Assembly (NCBI GenBank): GCA_002269645.1
Contig: NIVC01000149.1
Span: 281,358 to 345,357, forward strand
Direction of reading: 5' to 3'
Origin: Macrostomum lignano
Taxonomy: Eukaryota
Length of the DNA stretch: 64,000 nt
Part shown: one piece after another, positions 59,409-64,000 of the stretch
How positions within the stretch are numbered: position 1 is the first letter of the stretch
How the letters are laid out: the number at the start of each line of letters is the position of its first letter
Notes under the pieces: model-generated
Seen by the model: only the letters and a program-made list of their open reading frames with translations
Databases searched by the model: none
Told to the model about the DNA's origin: nothing
Translations under genes and position numbers: made by a program

Positions 59409-60022
59409 CTCTCTACATATATTCTCTATTGATGCTCTGGTAATTCTACCCCTTAGTGTGTAATGGATAGCCATTCATGCAAACAATAATTACGCAAAAA
59501 TTCACCCCTCCCTCAAGAAATCAGACTACATATAAAAAGCAAATCTGACAGTGTCAGAGACCGCACGGCAGTGCCGCGAACTCCCTGCATGGCAACCAAC
59601 ACAGCCACTCACTCCATAGGCATTGCACTAAGAGTTCATCTCCCCCCCCCTAAGACGCGACCCGCATTCTTTATTCTGTATGCAGCTCAATGCTCAATGC
59701 TCAGTTTAGTGTGAGAAATCAGCTCAGCTTGGGTTAGTAGAAATGCACAGTACGCATGACTTCGCAGCGGTCCAGTGCCGCAGCTGCACTTAATTACTGT
59801 AAGAGTATGCAGCTGCCATGCTGCTACCGACCTCTGTTGAGGGGACTGGCATGCTCCTGTCACTCATCTTCTGTCTGACAATAATGGCAGGCATTGCCAG
59901 AACATTTTTTTTAATAAGTTCTGCAGAATATAACTGGTAGGTTTAAGTCGCTTGGTATGGGACCATCTTATTTTGTCTTCTAATATCGCCCAAAATTCCC
60001 TCTACTCACTAGACGGATAGAG

Positions 60023-60525
60023 CATAGCTGAATAATCTCACCCTTCAGAGCATAGCTGGATAATCTCACCTTTCCTGATCTAGCTGGATAATCTCACCCT
60101 TCTTAATCTAGCTGGACAATCTTACCCTTCCTGATCTAGCTGGATAATCTCACCCTTCCTAATCTAGCTGGATAATCTCACCCTTCCTGATCTAGCTGGA
60201 TAATCTCACCCTTCAGAGCATAGCTGGATAATCTCACCCTTCCTGATCTAGCTAGATAATTTCACCCTTCTTAATCTAGCTGGACAATCTTACCTTTCCT
60301 GATCTAGCTGGATAATCTCACCCTTCCTGATCTAGCTGGATAATCTCACCCTTTCTAATCTAGCTGGATAATCTCACCCTTCAGAGCATATCTGGATAAT
60401 TCCACCCTTCCTAATCTAGCTGAATAATCTCATCCTTCCTAATCTAGCTGGATAATCTCACCCTTCCTGATCTAGCTGGATAATCTCACCCTTCCTGATC
60501 CAGCTGGATAATCTCACCCTTCAGA
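60023..60525. repeat. 28-bp minisatellite (AGCTGGATAATCTCACCCTTCCTGATCT)
   Basis: About 18 units. Confidence 0.95.
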
Positions 60526-61479
60526 ATTTGTGGGTGAGCACAAACAGTGGAGTTCACCTATGAGTCAGCAATAAAAGTTGTACTTCTAAATATTTTGCCT
60601 ATCTTTCCAAAACTATCATTGCTTTTGCTATCTAAGCTCTCAAGCATAAGAGATTCACTTTTGGACAAAAATTGTCAACAAGCTGTTTTTTGCTTTTGTT
60701 AGATAAAGTTATATCAGCAAACCACTCAAGTCAACCACGTATAGCTCGTAGTTATCGCCAAAGAATACGTTTAGTTACAAGAATAAAAACATAAAATACC
60801 CTTAATGTAAACAGTTGGGGCATCAGTTATCAATCAACTAGACATGGACAAAGTCATGACCGCGATGCAGAGAAATAGCTGTGTGTACCGAATCTAAAAT
60901 GCAATTGCTCTACTTAGCAATGCGCGGCGAAGTACATCTGATGCTAAAAAACTCTTAATTGGGGAAGCAGATATGACAGCGCAAGTTTCACGCATTCGAA
61001 GCAAGAGAAGTGTCACCTGTACATGCAAATAAGTGGGTGCCATTGCCGAAAGCATTCTATGAGCACTTCTCAATCTGTGAAAGATCTTGGAAAGATCTGT
61101 GCTAAATTGGGCTAAAGGTTGGAATTATTCAGTTTTTGCTGACAGTTAGTCTGAAATAATGCTAAAATAGAAAAAACGGGTTTCTTCCTATTCAGTTTGA
61201 AACTTCAGAGGATGGGAGTGTAGGAAAAATGACCAGTCTCGGTAATATTTAATGACGTCTGGTTAGGGTCACATTTTTACAGTTAATAAATTCACCTGAA
61301 CCAATAAATACTGTAAAATGTAATGTAAATATAATGTAATATAATGTAAAATATGATTCCAAATACACTAATTTAATGAATAACATGCCCGTATTTACAT
61401 CAAAATCAGCACTTTGATCGAGTGTCCTTTAAAAGGCAGGCACAAGGAGGCGCTGACAACACAGAGCAATTCCAGTAGG

Positions 61480-62190
61480 TCAATGGCCGCTCTCCTCCTC
61501 CACCTTGTACAGAGCATTCTTGGCCCGCTTGGTCGCCTGTCTGGCCAGAACGTCGTGGAAGCTTTGAGAAGGCTCTGTTGCATTGAGCGAGGAACTTGAT
61601 GCAGAAAATCGGGACAAATGGCTCGTATCCCTGGCCGTAGGTCTGCTTCTACCGGCTCTGGCTGGGTCGGCTGTAACTGGTCTGAGAACTGTTTGCTGAA
61701 TCGGTCTTCCAGATGGCGTTTTCGGATTTCCGGAGACATCGCCAACACTGTAGCTTCGTTTTAGTCGATCCGCAGTTCTTAGAACTGCGGTGGCCGCAAT
61801 GTTCATGCCTTGTTGTCCAACTTCAAATAGCACTTCGCATCCCTTGTTGGAAGCGGAAGCTATGTATCGTTCAATCTCGTTTTCGTGCTTCAACAGATTT
61901 GGATGAATTATGCGTCTGTACAGAAAACTGGAACCTCTTGTCATTGGGAGCACCATCCAAAGCACAAATAGGATCTTTGCTTCATTATAGAGCGGAAGCC
62001 AGCAAAGCAAAATGTCAGTTACAACTTCAACCGCTGTAAATGCTGCGAATACAATCCAGTACATCATCCACTTAACCTGTTCGTATCCATCACGCTTATT
62101 AAGCGCTTTGTAAGACGAGAATGCAGGATAAAGTACTCCAAAAAGTATAATGATGCAGCGATAAACAGTTGATGTCAGTATGTACAACAT
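61480..62190 (-). CDS. REEP: REEP1-4 (DP1/Yop1 family) ER-shaping protein, about 236 aa, intronless CDS
   Basis: ILFGVLYPAFSSYKAL...VKWMMYWIVFAAFT...DILLCWLPLYNEAK...RGSSFLYRRIIHP is the REEP1-4 signature. Likely start is ATG 62190. The extra 56 upstream codons in the ORF track span a U-rich acceptor (TTTTCCAG at 62243). Confidence 0.92.
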   Translation of the reverse strand: MLYILTSTVYRCIIILFGVLYPAFSSYKALNKRDGYEQVKWMMYWIVFAAFTAVEVVTDILLCWLPLYNEAKILFVLWMVLPMTRGSSFLYRRIIHPNLLKHENEIERYIASASNKGCEVLFEVGQQGMNIAATAVLRTADRLKRSYSVGDVSGNPKTPSGRPIQQTVLRPVTADPARAGRSRPTARDTSHLSRFSASSSSLNATEPSQSFHDVLARQATKRAKNALYKVEEESGH

Positions 62191-62753
62191 TACATTAATT
62201 TCTTCAATGGAGATTGACCAGAAGAAAAACGATCTCCGTCTTCTGGAAAATGTTTTTAATGCAAAGAAAAATTGTGGCTGAAATTTCCAAATTAAAAAGG
62301 TAGTTACTTTACCAACCGTAAAAATCCACAGAAAAAGCTCAAAAATGTAAAAACCCAAAAAATCAAAGCAAATTTATTAGAAAAGCATATTTTTTCGTCT
62401 AAAAAGGCTAAAAACGAATAATGCAGTGTTAAACTCATATTAAAATGAGTTTGAGTTAAACTCAAATTTAAATAGTGCTTTCTTAGAAAGTTCACGATAA
62501 TCTAATGGCCATCAGCATAAGTACTGCATAGCATACCTACGTAAATGCTCATGGGTTATGGCATGCCAATCACGCACAGAATGAAGAAATTCGATCTAAT
62601 TGAAACTGAGAGCAGGGATTAAGCCGTCCATCCTGCTGGGCGCTTGAATATTTTACTCATATGTATTTATTATATATTTAATTTTATAACTTTTACTATT
62701 ATTGTTCCTGATGTGATATTCTGATATTTTCATTATGTCATTATGACTTATGG

Positions 62754-63116
62754 CAGGGGCGTCGCCACTGGGGGACAAGGGGACATGTCCGTCCCCAGTA
62801 TAAGCTATATGGGGGATGGCAATGCTTTGCCCCCACCCCACCTTCACCCTGTGAGGCTGCTGTGACCCATTGTGGAAATCAATAATTTTGTTTCAGAACG
62901 CTAAAATATAGCACCTGCGGCACCAAAATGAGTGACTGCGGCGCTAAAATGAGTGTCTGCAGTGCCAAAATGAGTGCCTGTGACACTAAAAATGAGCACT
63001 GACAACTCCAATTCTCAAATAATGTACATGTAATAGATTTAGGAATTTTGTCCTGTAGCTGTACATAATACGAAGAATTCTTGATCCCCCTAACAAAAAC
63101 TATGACAAAGCCCCTG
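62754..63116. mobile_element. Shorter, inverted copy of the same MITE family
   Basis: TIRs CAGGGGCGTCGCCA / TGACAAAGCCCCTG. The reverse complement aligns with both ends and the internal CACTCATTTTGGCGCCGCAG subrepeats of 20112-20951. No TSD is retained. Confidence 0.75.
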
Positions 63117-64000
63117 GTAAGTATATTATATTTATGATCCATTGTTTTTTATAAGTTATATAATTGTTTTAACTCTTAATTCTTGTAAAACAAATAGTTT
63201 TTGGAACTTAAATACAGTGACTGATTTAGGGAAGGCACACAGGGTATGCACCCCCTGTTGAGCTTGAATTTTTATATAGAAAATGCACATTATTGTGTAC
63301 GTATACATGTACATTATTTACATATATATTGTACCTTAGTAATCTGTGTCCCTATTTAATATTTTCTAGATATGCACCTGGCTTAATATTCAAAAATATT
63401 TTAAAAACAAATTATTGTTTTAGATAAGTGTTATTATATTTAAGGCAATTTTTATTATTTTGCTAATAATAAAAACTATTACTAATGAAATATATGTATA
63501 ATATAATGTAAATGAAAAATAAAATTTTTTTATTACAATATAGGTAAAGGAATTTTTTGGGAAGCATACCTATCTATACAAAATGTTTCTAAAATACTTT
63601 TATATATTTATGTTTAATATCAATTTTGAAATCTGGCAAAAAGACTAAATTTTTTTTGACTAAAGTCAAAAGTTCTATAGCCCCTTGTGCCTTAGATCAG
63701 TAGACCCCTTTGACCTTCTAGATCTGCCATTTAGTAAAGTTCTACTCTGTCTCTCCAATTTTATGATATAGAAATCAATTTAATATCTGTTTTTTCATTT
63801 ATAAGGGGTCATGACCTTCTATATTACCTTAGGAGAAGTGAGTTGACCCTTGGACCTCTATCCTAGATTCTACTCATTATACTATACACTATATACATTA
63901 TATATACATGTGATAAATTATAAAAATGAATGTACTATAAAATGTTATTAATTCTAATTTTGCTTTTGGTTATTGGTAAGAATCAAATCAAAATGTAATT

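Overview
Eukaryotic (metazoan) genomic DNA, not prokaryotic. GC-rich spliced exons and introns packed with private minisatellites suggest a free-living flatworm such as Macrostomum; this is inference from style, not proven. I built the gene models by hand from splice signals, and the exon phases are consistent. Genes: the 5' part of a Nav2 (DSC1/NaCP60E-type) voltage-gated channel (minus, 12465 to off the left edge, 13 exons, one GC-AG intron); a short TEX26-like gene (+) with an upstream RFX X-box; a CCDC177/185-like gene (-); JTB (-); intronless DAD1 and LLPH (+); tailless/NR2E1 (-, 5 coding exons); tRNA-Gly(GCC); and an intronless REEP1-4-like gene (-). The AT-rich 21-31 kb block is a transposon graveyard. 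It holds a Mutator-type foldback element with a perfect 9-bp TSD and a second element nested inside it, a fossil MULE transposase, and copies of a tRNA-headed SINE. A hAT-type MITE with a perfect 8-bp TSD (20.1-21.0 kb) has a shorter sibling at 62.8-63.1 kb. About 30 tandem arrays explain most of the long ORFs in the ORF track. The most interesting signals are a Nav2 candidate cassette exon swollen and poisoned by a minisatellite made of its own sequence, a possible alternative Nav2 N-terminus, and minisatellites that appear to be seeded from MITE sequence. No CRISPR, rRNA or prokaryotic system is present.
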